Numbered from the stretch's first letter, positions 55,517-64,000 are shown. The stretch is 64,000 bases of DNA from Methanobacteriota archaeon (GCA_018691345.1 JABGTJ010000112.1:242-64241), one strand, 5' to 3'. The notes: generated by a model not told the origin, from the letters alone. Program-made: numbers and translations.

Positions 55517-57238
55517 ATGATGGTTGATGATGAGCCCCTATTTGCCAAAGGAGACCTTAACGCGGTCATGAATGCACACCCCCACGTCGCCGACTGGGTT
55601 CGTGATTTCGAATCGAGTCACGGCTCTCGACCGATTTACTACGGTGAATTGGATCGAGGTGCTAAGAAAGAAAGACCTTTCAATCTCATCTACATTACCA
55701 AAGAACCAATCTTTGTTCATATTTACGAACCTCCTGCTGACGAGGAAGGAGGCGGACAGATTCTCTGGTTCGGTCTCGAACCTCAACTCTCCGAAGAAGA
55801 GGAAAACATTCGTCGGGGTCTTATTGAAACTCTACTTCAAGAGGCTCCAACCGCTCCATCGTTTACTACGGATGAGGAATTTGAAAACATTCTCTCACAA
55901 ATGATAGAGAGGTACACACTTCTCGATACAGACGCAATTTCCAACGTTCGCCGACAAGGCCGCTTTTGGGAAATGATGGGTATGGACGACAAGCGGTTGA
56001 TTGTGACTGCCGCTCAGCGAGAACGCTTGCGGTATATCGTTGTCCGAGACTTAATTCGCAACGGCCCATTGGAACCACTACTCTCAGACGAGATGCTGGA
56101 AGATATTCACTCAATTGGTCTAAAGCACGTTCACATGGACCACAAAGTGTTTGGAATGGTCACATCGAACATTCGATTCCGTGACCGCGAAATGCTCTCT
56201 CGTTTCTTGCGAGCCATGTCTGAGCGAATTGGGCGACCAGTTTCAGACAACAAACCGATTATCGACGGCGCACTGCTCGACGGCTCACGTATCAATATCA
56301 TTTTCTCCGATGACGTTTCCATGCTCGGACCGTCGTTTACCATTCGTAAGTTCGCTGAAGAAACGATTTCGATCACGCAACTTATTGCTTGGGGTACAAT
56401 TTCTTCCCAAGTGGCTGCTTACATTTGGATTTGTCTGGAATACGGTATGTCAGTCCTTGTATCCGGTGAAACTGCTTCCGGAAAGACGACCACACTCAAT
56501 GCAATTTTGCCGTTCATCGACCATAACGTCAAGATTTATTCTGCTGAAGATACTCCTGAAGTAAAGGTACGCCACAAGATTTGGCAACGGCTTGTTACTC
56601 GTTCATCGAAGAACGAAGAATCACGAGTCGAAATGTTCGACCTACTCAAGGCTGCTTTACGTAGCCGACCTCGATACATTATCATTGGTGAAATACGTGG
56701 TGTTGAAGGCGCAACCGCTTTCCAAGCAATGCAAACAGGGCACCCGGTTATCGCAACCTTCCACGCATCGTCCATTGTCAAAATGATTCAAAGATTTACA
56801 GGTGACCCAATTAACGTTCCAATTCGGTTTTTCGACAACTTGAACTTCGCTATTTTCCAAGAAGTGGTTGAGGCTCCTGGTGGAGGTATTGCTCGCCGTG
56901 TGACTGGAATCGATGAAGTCATCGGCTACAATAAACACAGCGACGGTGTACTCACCCGTGGTATGTTCGAATGGGACCCGGTCAAGGATAAGCACTATTT
57001 CCGTGGTATGTTCCAGAGCCATCTGTTGGAAAACAAGATTGCTGCAATGGCTGGTTTTTCCAATAAACGAGACATCTATGATGAAATGTTGAAGAGAGCT
57101 GCTGCACTTGACCGTATGGTTGAACGTGAATTGACGCATTACGATGACGTTTTCGATTTATTGGGAGTTTACTATAACAACGGATGGGAACATTTTGACA
57201 AAGCCGTTGATTCATGGACTGGAGTAAACCATACGTGA
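55517..57238 (+). CDS. arlI: ArlI (FlaI), archaellum assembly/motor ATPase (type II/IV secretion ATPase family)
   Basis: Walker A VSGETASGKTTTLNAIL, IIIGEIRGVEGATAFQAMQTGH, His-box ATFHASS. The second ATG at 55520 has better SD spacing (GAGGTG 55509-55514). Confidence 0.95.
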   Translation: MMVDDEPLFAKGDLNAVMNAHPHVADWVRDFESSHGSRPIYYGELDRGAKKERPFNLIYITKEPIFVHIYEPPADEEGGGQILWFGLEPQLSEEEENIRRGLIETLLQEAPTAPSFTTDEEFENILSQMIERYTLLDTDAISNVRRQGRFWEMMGMDDKRLIVTAAQRERLRYIVVRDLIRNGPLEPLLSDEMLEDIHSIGLKHVHMDHKVFGMVTSNIRFRDREMLSRFLRAMSERIGRPVSDNKPIIDGALLDGSRINIIFSDDVSMLGPSFTIRKFAEETISITQLIAWGTISSQVAAYIWICLEYGMSVLVSGETASGKTTTLNAILPFIDHNVKIYSAEDTPEVKVRHKIWQRLVTRSSKNEESRVEMFDLLKAALRSRPRYIIIGEIRGVEGATAFQAMQTGHPVIATFHASSIVKMIQRFTGDPINVPIRFFDNLNFAIFQEVVEAPGGGIARRVTGIDEVIGYNKHSDGVLTRGMFEWDPVKDKHYFRGMFQSHLLENKIAAMAGFSNKRDIYDEMLKRAAALDRMVERELTHYDDVFDLLGVYYNNGWEHFDKAVDSWTGVNHT

Positions 57239-57243
57239 GGTGA
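57237..57243 (+). promoter_or_regulatory. Shine-Dalgarno site (GAGGTGA) for arlJ
   Basis: GAGGTGA lies 6 nt upstream of ATG 57250 and overlaps the arlI stop codon. Confidence 0.6.
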
Positions 57244-57249
57244 TGTCGA

Positions 57250-59052
57250 ATGCAGCGAATGTCTTTCTGGCAAATCGCCCTTCGTCGCGTTGAGATACCT
57301 GTTGCACAATTTCTCCTTTTTTATGTTGGTGGAGCGGCCCTGATTGGGTTTCTGTTTTCCATCGTACTCATATTCTTAACCGGTGGTTTAGCCGAAGGTG
57401 CTCTTTTTTCTGGCGTAGCAGGAATCCTTCTGCTTTTGCTTTTGCCAACTCTTGCCGGAGGAGCAGCAGCCGCATACCCCTTACTCGATGTACAGCGTTC
57501 GGCTACCATGATTGAGAAGGAAATGCACATGTTCATCACTCGAATGGGTATTTTGTCTTTGGGTGAAGTCGGTGCTCAGTCCATTTTCGATATCCTCAAG
57601 CAAATGAGTGATTATGGTGAGTTGGCGAATGAAGTCAAGCGAATTGAAACGCTTGTCGATAAGTGGCACACTTCGTTACCTGAGGCTTCACGAATTGTCG
57701 CTCAGCAAAGTCCAAGTCCATTGTGGGCTGATTTTCTTGACCGAATGGCTTTCTCGATTGAAGCGGGTCAGGCCATTGATGAATTCATGCGTTCTGAGCA
57801 GGAAACTGTTGCAGAACAGTACAAGACGTTGTACGACACACGCCTTGAATCAGTTGATGCCATGAAGGAAATTTACGTTTCTCTGGTTTCTGCAGGATTG
57901 TTCGGACTCGTAGTGGCGGGTATTCACCTTGTCTTGTTTGAAGTCGGTTCAGCGAACGACACACCAATTCTTGTTGCAAGCCGATTGCGGTTCATTCTTT
58001 TGACATCGTTGATTTTCACCATTCTCCAGATAGGAGCGGTCTTTGCTTTCAGAGCGACGATTCCCGAAGACCCTACTTTTGCTCGGGACGATATGGACAC
58101 TCCTTTCAGAATTAATTTCCTCAGAGCGCTCATTGGGGCAAGTATCCTGACCTCATTCTTGGTGGTCATCATGATTTTGTTGCTCGCATCTGCTTGGGAT
58201 TCCGTTACCAACCAATGGGATCGATACGGTCTCATTTTCATCGCTGCCCCACTCTCCCCGATGCTTATTCCTGCTCTCATGATTGGAAGGGAAGAACGTC
58301 AAGTTTTGCGTAGGGATGAAACCTATCCCGATTTCATTCGAGCATTAGGAGGTACGGCCCAAGCTCGTTCGTCTGAACCATCTGCAACAATCAAAGCCTT
58401 GCGAGGCATTGATTTCGGTATGCTTGACCGTTCAATCGATCGCTTGGAGAAGCGTTTGTCGACACGTATTGATTCAGACCGTGCTTGGGATTACTTCAAC
58501 GCGGATACCAATTCAGCGGTTATTTCACGATACACTCGCATCTACATTGAAGGTTCTCAATCATCGGGTAAACCAGCGGACACAGCCGAAATGGTTTCGC
58601 GTTCGGTCGGCAGTTTGCTTTCATTGCGACGACGACGAGCACTCTCTGCAAACACCATGCGTGGTGTCGCTCTTGGTCTACTGATTGCATCTGTAACTAG
58701 TCTTAACGTAACCATCGCAATTGTCTTGAAACTCGGCGACTCAATTGCAGGGGTAGCATCTAATTTTTCGGATACTGATGTCACGGCATTGTCTGACTTC
58801 GGTGCAGGTTTGGCTCTTCCAGTCATGGAAGATGCCTCCGGTGTTGGAGAAAACATCCGCATGTTCAAAATCATCGTATCCATATTGATTCTTTTCCAAG
58901 TCATTGCAGTCTCAATTATTTCGAATAGGTTGCGAGGTGGAATCTGGACAACGGCTATGGGTCAAGGAATTCAACTGCTTTGGATTGCAGGCATCACTTC
59001 ATACATCACTTCGCTGGTGTTAGAGGCCGCATCTTCAGTGTTCGGTGTTTAG
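57250..59052 (+). CDS. arlJ: ArlJ (FlaJ), polytopic archaellum platform protein (two T2SS-F-like domains)
   Basis: 600 aa with ~9 TM helices and two cytoplasmic helical domains. It sits directly downstream of arlI, as in all archaellum operons. Confidence 0.9.
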   Translation: MQRMSFWQIALRRVEIPVAQFLLFYVGGAALIGFLFSIVLIFLTGGLAEGALFSGVAGILLLLLLPTLAGGAAAAYPLLDVQRSATMIEKEMHMFITRMGILSLGEVGAQSIFDILKQMSDYGELANEVKRIETLVDKWHTSLPEASRIVAQQSPSPLWADFLDRMAFSIEAGQAIDEFMRSEQETVAEQYKTLYDTRLESVDAMKEIYVSLVSAGLFGLVVAGIHLVLFEVGSANDTPILVASRLRFILLTSLIFTILQIGAVFAFRATIPEDPTFARDDMDTPFRINFLRALIGASILTSFLVVIMILLLASAWDSVTNQWDRYGLIFIAAPLSPMLIPALMIGREERQVLRRDETYPDFIRALGGTAQARSSEPSATIKALRGIDFGMLDRSIDRLEKRLSTRIDSDRAWDYFNADTNSAVISRYTRIYIEGSQSSGKPADTAEMVSRSVGSLLSLRRRRALSANTMRGVALGLLIASVTSLNVTIAIVLKLGDSIAGVASNFSDTDVTALSDFGAGLALPVMEDASGVGENIRMFKIIVSILILFQVIAVSIISNRLRGGIWTTAMGQGIQLLWIAGITSYITSLVLEAASSVFGV

Positions 59053-59091
59053 TGACCCAACAATCATAATCCCGGTGGATGATTAGCGTTC

Positions 59092-59547
59092 ATGCAAGTC
59101 CCTCCGCCACCACCGGCAGCGCCCGCACCTCAACAAAGCGCTCCAGCACCTTCTCCATATCTCCCAGCAGCAGGCTTCCAGCAATCACCAATGAGTTATT
59201 CTTTTCATCGATGGTTGATGCTCGGTATCATTCTCGTACTGGCATCTGTTGTTTTTGTTGAAGTTGTTGGAATGTTTGGTCCTCCATCTGTGGTTGATTA
59301 CGACCTTGAAGCCGAAGGCGTTTCGGATAAAATTGCGGAAGACACAGAGGCGCATACCGATTTGAATCGGGTCATCGGCTCCGTCGGAACAATACTACAA
59401 TCGTTTGGCCTTGGACTGATCGGCTATGCGCTCCTTCGGGAGTCTTATGATGACAAACATGAACACACAGCCCTCCGAGTGACAGCAGTTCTCATTGGTG
59501 TCCTTGTGGTGTTGAACATTGCCTCGCGCAGTATTTCTATCGTTTGA
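59092..59547 (+). CDS. Small membrane protein with poly-Pro/Ala N-terminus (151 aa), last gene of the arl cluster
   Basis: MQVPPPPPAAPAPQQSAPAPSPYLP, then two TM helices (LMLGIILVLASVVFVEVVGMF; TAVLIGVLVVLNIA). 39 nt downstream of arlJ on the same strand. Confidence 0.55.
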   Translation: MQVPPPPPAAPAPQQSAPAPSPYLPAAGFQQSPMSYSFHRWLMLGIILVLASVVFVEVVGMFGPPSVVDYDLEAEGVSDKIAEDTEAHTDLNRVIGSVGTILQSFGLGLIGYALLRESYDDKHEHTALRVTAVLIGVLVVLNIASRSISIV

Positions 59548-59549
59548 GT

Positions 59550-60200
59550 TCAACGTTTCTTTTCTTGGGCAATTCTCTTTTTCGTTGCCGCCCAAGAACA
59601 GATCGGACATTGTTCAAGATCATGGTTTCGAGCAGGACAGTATTCTCTGCCAAAGAATATGATTTGGAGATGCAATTTATTCCAAATCTTCTTTGGAAAA
59701 ACAGCCTTTAAGTCTCGCTCGGTTCGTACGACTGTTGTGTCGTTGGAAAGCCCCCAGCGTGCTGCAAGGCGATGAATATGCGTGTCGATTGGGAAGGCAG
59801 GGACACCGAAGGCTTGAGCCATCACCACGCCAGCAGTTTTGTGCCCAACTCCGGGTAATGCTTCGAGTTCCTCAAACGTTTGTGGAATCAATCCATCATG
59901 CCGTTCCATAATCAGTTCAGAGAGTCTACGGATGTTCTTTGCTTTCGTTGGAGCTAGCCCAACTTGGCGGATATCATTGAGAATCGTTTCAACGCTCAGT
60001 TTGACCATGGCTTCAGCGATTGGGGCTTTGGCGAAAAGGGATGGTGTGACTTCATTTACCTTGAGGTCGGTGGTTTGAGCACTCATAAGAACTGCAACCA
60101 GTAACTGAAAGTTATTTTCATGGTCAAGCGGCACTGGAGTTTCAGGATAGAATTCTTCAAGCATGGCAGCAATTTTCACCGCTTTTTCACTACGCTTCAT
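59550..60200 (-). CDS. nth: Endonuclease III (HhH-GPD DNA glycosylase/AP lyase)
   Basis: LLVAVLMSAQTTD, HhH LPGVGHKTAGVVM, catalytic Asp context PIDTHIHR. The C-terminal Cys loop is CPARNHDLEQCPIC, with only three Cys visible. Confidence 0.9.
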   Translation of the reverse strand: MKRSEKAVKIAAMLEEFYPETPVPLDHENNFQLLVAVLMSAQTTDLKVNEVTPSLFAKAPIAEAMVKLSVETILNDIRQVGLAPTKAKNIRRLSELIMERHDGLIPQTFEELEALPGVGHKTAGVVMAQAFGVPAFPIDTHIHRLAARWGLSNDTTVVRTERDLKAVFPKKIWNKLHLQIIFFGREYCPARNHDLEQCPICSWAATKKRIAQEKKR

Positions 60201-60512
60201 TCATATGTCCCCTTGAATATTGAGTTGAGGTGGTATTCGATAGGTGTATTGGATCTTCTCACCAGTGAACGTGATTGAATGTGGTTCGGTTTGGAACTGT
60301 ACTTCCTTAACGTTTGATTCGATGCCGTGAAGCGGCATATTCGCCCCGAATGTACCGTCACGAAAAAGTTGGATGCTGGTGTCGACAGTATCTTGAGGTG
60401 AGTTGAAACTGATTCGATTTTCATCGTGAACAACTTCACCGCTGATGGTACTAAAAAACGAGGCAAAAAATGAGCAAATCTCAGCCCATTGCTCGATTTT
60501 GAATCGGGTCAT
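60201..60512 (-). CDS. Hypothetical protein (103 aa) between the small TM protein and nth
   Basis: ATG-initiated ORF whose stop abuts the nth start codon. No motif recognised. Confidence 0.5.
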   Translation of the reverse strand: MTRFKIEQWAEICSFFASFFSTISGEVVHDENRISFNSPQDTVDTSIQLFRDGTFGANMPLHGIESNVKEVQFQTEPHSITFTGEKIQYTYRIPPQLNIQGDI

Positions 60513-60522
60513 AAAATCGCCC

Positions 60523-60732
60523 TCAAGATTCCATTTTAACGGAGTATGCCTCTCCAGTTTTCCAACCGAAAAACAAACCTATGCCGATTGAAAACAGTGG
60601 TATGCCGTTGCATATGAGCGACTCCATGGGTTCGGTTGACGGCTGACCTGCGGTGTACCAGATGATCATCGATAACAACAACCCAGGAATCAACATGACT
60701 CCCCCCATGATGAGGGTACGTAAGAGACGCAT
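60523..60732 (-). CDS. Small two-TM membrane protein (69 aa)
   Basis: MRLLRTLIMGGVMLIPGLLLSMIIWY and GIPLFSIGIGLFFGW helices. Preferred over the overlapping 60536..60907 ORF, which would run 128 nt into polX. Confidence 0.5.
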   Translation of the reverse strand: MRLLRTLIMGGVMLIPGLLLSMIIWYTAGQPSTEPMESLICNGIPLFSIGIGLFFGWKTGEAYSVKMES

Positions 60733-60779
60733 GTTGAGGCCAATCGGGGGAATGCCATGAATGTGTGGTTTCTATCCCA

Positions 60780-62717
60780 TCAAGAAAGACGTAGTGAGAG
60801 TTCTTCTCCACCAAGCGAATTGAGGACATCATGTGGCTCAATCCATCCCTTACGAGCGGCCATGACTCCGTAGCTAATGTCGGCAAGTCCTCGTATTGAA
60901 TGGGCATCAGGATTGATGATTACAGGAACACCCAAACCTTTCGCATGCTTACACAGACGCCAATCAAGATCCAATCGATACGGGCTTGCATTCAATTCGA
61001 CCGCCTTGAGGCGCCCTTCTTCGTTATGTTCTGCCATGTGTTCAAGAACCGCAAACAAGTCAACCTCATATCCGTCTCTACCCTGCAATATCCTTCCAGT
61101 CGGGTGACCTAAGACCGTCGTTGAAGGATGGTCGATGCACTGCATTAATTCCTCCGTATTTTGCAGTTCATCACGTGCTTTCCATTTTGATAACGCGTGA
61201 ACAGATGCAACCGTGTAATCCAATTGAGAGAGGACATCATCGGGGTGGTCGAGTTTTCCGCCTTCAAGGATGTCGGATTCCACTCCGTGGAACAATCGAA
61301 AATCTGTGCCTTCTTCAGCCCATGATGCGTTGTAGCGTCGAATGGTTTCACCTTGTTCCAGTAAATCTTCTGCGCTTGCTCCATTGGCAATTTTCAACGT
61401 TGGTGAATGGTCGGCAATTCCCAACCAGTTCCATCCCATTTTACGGGCTGTGTCTGCCATTTCTTCCAAACTCGCTTCTCCATCTGAAAGTGTTGTGTGG
61501 TTGTGTAAAGCGCCTCGAATGTCCAGTCCGGTCAGTAACTCTGGTAGTGCGGATGATTCAGCAGCAGCGATTTCCCCAGTATCCTCGCGAAGTTCTGGTG
61601 TGACCCAATCAAGTTCTAAATGCCGGTAAATCTCTTCTTCGTTGGATGCTTGAAGAGAGAATTTAGCTGCAGCCATTCCTTTCAAGTCTCCAGCTTTAGC
61701 ATCAGGGATGAGTCCGAACTCGTTTAACTTCAATCCTCGATCAATGGCTCGTTGCCGCATGGCAATGTTGTGTTCTTTGCTTCCGGTGAAGTACGCTAAA
61801 GTGAATGGGAATACCTCTGGAGTGACAAGCCGAACTTGTGCATCAATGGTTCCACCGCTCTCAAGTTGTTCGTAATCTTCTCCACCAATAGCGTCAAGCA
61901 CGTTTGGGTCAATGTGACCTACAGTAAATCCTCCATCAAATATACTGGTGTCAAGAATGAGGCTGATTTTCGAATCACCAGCACCTTTCACATCGGCAAT
62001 TCCAGGGAGTGATAGAATGGCTTCAGCCACGCTTTCATGATGTTCGTCTTCGACAGCAACGACGAGATCGAGGTCACCGATTGTTTCTTTTCGGCGGCGT
62101 GCACTTCCTGCCAATTGTGCTTTGAGTACGCCTTCTATGGATGAAATCTTTGATTGAAAGGCTTCCCCATACATCAAGCCAACATCCAATCTTCGCCGAG
62201 CCCTAAACCGTGCCAACAACTCAATGCCATCGAGCATTCGTTGCTGGGATTTCTTACCGAATCCTTTCATTGGCGCAATCAATCCATCAGTGGCAGCTTC
62301 CTTTAGAGATGCGACTGAATCAACTCCAAGTTCTTCATTCATCAGTTTGATACGCTTTGGTCCGAGTCCTGGGATTCCGAGCATTTCGATGAGTCCTTGG
62401 GGAGTCGAACTGTGCAACTCGACCCAATCACTTGGCCACTTTCCGTCCATTATGGCTTGGGTAAGTGCAGAGCCGAGTCCTTTACCGATACCTTTCATTT
62501 CGAAAAGCCGTCCTGTAGTGACCAGTTCGCCGAGGTCTTCTGTCAAGCCACCGAGCATCCTGCTGGCGTTTTGGTACGAGCGGACTCGAAACACATTGGC
62601 TCCATTGAGTTCCAAGAGTACGGCCACTTGGTGCATAACCGTGGCGATTTGGTTTCGAGAGAAATACGGGGGGCCGCTCGGCCGTGCCTTTGGTAGTGAA
62701 AATCCGCCGCCTGCCAT
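60780..62717 (-). CDS. polX: Family X DNA polymerase with C-terminal PHP phosphoesterase domain
   Basis: VLLELNGANVFRVRSYQNASR, HhH GIGKGLG and IPGLGPKRI, catalytic GSARRRKETIGDLDLVV, PHP LHNHTTLSDG...GIADHSP. Confidence 0.9.
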   Translation of the reverse strand: MAGGGFSLPKARPSGPPYFSRNQIATVMHQVAVLLELNGANVFRVRSYQNASRMLGGLTEDLGELVTTGRLFEMKGIGKGLGSALTQAIMDGKWPSDWVELHSSTPQGLIEMLGIPGLGPKRIKLMNEELGVDSVASLKEAATDGLIAPMKGFGKKSQQRMLDGIELLARFRARRRLDVGLMYGEAFQSKISSIEGVLKAQLAGSARRRKETIGDLDLVVAVEDEHHESVAEAILSLPGIADVKGAGDSKISLILDTSIFDGGFTVGHIDPNVLDAIGGEDYEQLESGGTIDAQVRLVTPEVFPFTLAYFTGSKEHNIAMRQRAIDRGLKLNEFGLIPDAKAGDLKGMAAAKFSLQASNEEEIYRHLELDWVTPELREDTGEIAAAESSALPELLTGLDIRGALHNHTTLSDGEASLEEMADTARKMGWNWLGIADHSPTLKIANGASAEDLLEQGETIRRYNASWAEEGTDFRLFHGVESDILEGGKLDHPDDVLSQLDYTVASVHALSKWKARDELQNTEELMQCIDHPSTTVLGHPTGRILQGRDGYEVDLFAVLEHMAEHNEEGRLKAVELNASPYRLDLDWRLCKHAKGLGVPVIINPDAHSIRGLADISYGVMAARKGWIEPHDVLNSLGGEELSLRLS

Positions 62718-62808
62718 GGTTCGTGTTATCGGCGACCCTTCTCAAACGTTGCTCTCGCCCTTACAGGTCGAACTTCATGTTGAAGAACCACGACCTGTAG
62801 CGCTGTTC

Positions 62809-63135
62809 ATGGTCAGCGTTACTTTCATCGAACATTTGGCCGAAGCCCTGTGCGGCATATCTGCAGTGCTGTTCACTTTCATTGCGACTTTTTCTCGCTC
62901 ACCTCGCGCTGAACACATCGTTCAGAACCTCATTGCTATCACGCTTATTGCCGCTGCAGGAGTGCTTTGGTGGCTTTCACTGTCTGGCGGGGTTTTGTGG
63001 GGTTCCAATTACCTTCCAAAGCCGCTATCGTTGGTATGCGTGGTTATCGCAATTGCTGCACGAATGAACATCAAAGGCGAAAACGTCTCATTTGGAGCCA
63101 ATCCTCATACGATTGGTAAGAATCAAGAAGAATAA
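62809..63135 (+). CDS. Possible small three-TM membrane protein (108 aa)
   Basis: This is the only part of the 62224..63135 ORF that lies outside polX. It fills an otherwise 418-nt gap. Hydrophobic segments ALCGISAVLFTFIATF, LIAITLIAAAGVLWWLSL, LSLVCVVIAIAA. The start choice is uncertain. Confidence 0.4.
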   Translation: MVSVTFIEHLAEALCGISAVLFTFIATFSRSPRAEHIVQNLIAITLIAAAGVLWWLSLSGGVLWGSNYLPKPLSLVCVVIAIAARMNIKGENVSFGANPHTIGKNQEE

Positions 63136-63471
63136 TCAAACGATTTCGCCACGGGGCGTGCTTGTGTCTTCAATTACGCTTGCCGGTTGAGCCGCTTCCT
63201 TCTCCATTTTCTGGTCAATGAACGTACGCATGTATTCAGGAAGTTCACCGTTTACGAAAATGACATCATGAATGTGGTCGAGTTTTTTGAGTGAATAATA
63301 AATCTGCATGGCGGTCATAGGCGTGGAGGAACAGCCGTTGCATCCACCGTCAAGGGACAACATGATGTTGCCATCGGTCGTATCGAGTACATTGACCACA
63401 CCGTCGTGCTCATCCAAAATTTCTTGGACGGGCCCAATTTCTGCCAAGACTTCCTCGGCGGTGATGCTCAT
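63136..63471 (-). CDS. NifU-like (Nfu C-terminal domain) Fe-S cluster scaffold/carrier protein
   Basis: The IMLSLDGGCNGCSSTPMT motif (CxxC in the NifU-C context); 111 aa. Confidence 0.7.
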   Translation of the reverse strand: MSITAEEVLAEIGPVQEILDEHDGVVNVLDTTDGNIMLSLDGGCNGCSSTPMTAMQIYYSLKKLDHIHDVIFVNGELPEYMRTFIDQKMEKEAAQPASVIEDTSTPRGEIV

Positions 63472-63638
63472 GTAACCACCCTGTAAGCCTCTCCTCTTTC
63501 AACAATTGCTTGAAAAAAGCACTCTTGATACCATGCGGCATCAACCTCAGTCCCCCGTAAAGACCGTTTAAAGGTGTTTTTCGAAGGGAACCACTTATCA
63601 AGGGTTCTTAGGTCGCCAAAATAACAAGGTGTTCTATA

Positions 63639-64000
63639 ATGATGGAAAATATACCAATGATTGCCGCAGGTGCAGGTCTTTTCGGGCTTGTGGTTGCGTT
63701 TGTGCTGTACCAACAAGTAAACAAAGTGAAAATTGACAATGAAAAGGTTGCCAATATCACTGAAGAAATTCAGAAAGGTGCCATGGCATTCCTGTTCGCA
63801 GAATACCGAGTCCTCGCTGTTTTCGTGATTGTCGTCGGTGCTGCTCTCACACAACTTAACGACATGAATACCGCAATCGCATTCTTCGCCGGTGCAATTG
63901 CATCCGTTGCTGCGGGATTCTCTGGAATGCGTGCTGCAACTTCGGCCAACGGCCGAACCACCATGGCTGCTAAGAACGACGGTAAGGCCGGCGCTCTTGC
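63639..64000 (+). CDS. hppA: Membrane-bound H+/Na+-translocating pyrophosphatase, N-terminal 120 aa (continues beyond the window end)
   Basis: Not in the ORF track (no stop in the window). Hand translation gives MMENIPMIAAGAGLFGLVVAFVLYQQV...IQKGAMAFLFAEYRVL...AFFAGAIASVAAGFSGMRAATSANGRTTMAA, which matches the conserved V-PPase N-terminus. Confidence 0.85.
   Translation, partial: MMENIPMIAAGAGLFGLVVAFVLYQQVNKVKIDNEKVANITEEIQKGAMAFLFAEYRVLAVFVIVVGAALTQLNDMNTAIAFFAGAIASVAAGFSGMRAATSANGRTTMAAKNDGKAGAL

Noticed and set aside
60536-60907. 123-aa minus-strand ORF as an alternative to the 69-aa two-TM ORF
   Set aside because: It would overlap the 3' end of polX by 128 nt in another frame. The 69-aa ORF fits the gap exactly and has clean TM helices.
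62224-62808. Long + strand ORF (303 aa in the track) running antisense through the 5' third of polX
   Set aside because: It mirrors the polX reading frame, and its translation is Ser/Pro/Ala-rich with no motifs, while polX on the other strand has unmistakable family-X motifs. Only the portion outside polX (62809..63135) is kept, as a low-confidence small membrane ORF.
63468-63854. 128-aa minus-strand ORF overlapping the NifU-like start and the region upstream
   Set aside because: The + strand here translates into the highly conserved N-terminus of a membrane pyrophosphatase that runs off the window. The minus ORF is its shadow.
1-64000. Search for CRISPR arrays, rRNA genes, IS elements and toxin-antitoxin pairs
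   Set aside because: There are no regularly spaced 25-40-nt direct repeats and no non-coding stretch over 170 nt. I see no transposase or integrase motifs and no adjacent pairs of small genes with TA-like features. The only DNA-level repeats are the 21-bp stalk repeats (14789-14851) and the conserved archaellin 5' segments.

Overview
Archaeal chromosomal segment, very gene-dense: about 48 protein-coding genes, most gaps under 100 nt, and many abutting or overlapping gene ends. Archaeal origin is supported directly by a TATA-binding protein gene, a full archaellum (arl/fla) gene set, a TATA box placed for a leaderless tbp mRNA, and GAGGTGA-type Shine-Dalgarno sites inside operons. About one third of the window encodes six very large secreted or membrane-anchored surface proteins. 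With the secreted S15 peptidases, an anchored amidohydrolase, a BNR-type lipoprotein and an H+-pyrophosphatase, this fits a marine planktonic heterotrophic euryarchaeote such as Marine Group II/Poseidoniales. That placement is inference only and needs a database search. Recognisable housekeeping genes are tbp, mvk, mutY, cysS, trxA, ileS, nadE, a trhO-like rhodanese, bcp, nth, polX, a NifU-like gene, partial hppA, a MutS-family ATPase, a fused aconitase-X, two SDR epimerases and a hexapeptide acyltransferase. I found no rRNA, tRNA, CRISPR array, transposase, integrase or prophage. Two genes absent from the ORF track because they run off the window are added (1..1733 minus, 63639..64000 plus). 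Many ORF-track starts are trimmed to internal ATGs that remove overlaps and expose signal peptides. The most interesting locus is 44829..59547. There the archaellum core (arlB1-arlB2-x-arlF-arlG-arlH-arlI-arlJ) sits in a tightly coupled 12-gene co-directional cluster with five genes I cannot assign to any family. These include a 1666-aa multi-beta-sandwich envelope protein ending in a 5-TM bundle. No ArlC/D/E, ArlX, prepilin peptidase or che signature is visible. Other points are atypical archaellin signal peptides, a 9-unit ~41-aa repeat array in a 2126-aa surface protein, collagen-like GXY runs in an ELWxxDG-repeat protein, a fused AcnX in an archaeon, and lineage-specific insertions in TBP and mevalonate kinase. 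All family calls are motif recognition by eye; no similarity search, HMM or structure prediction was run.
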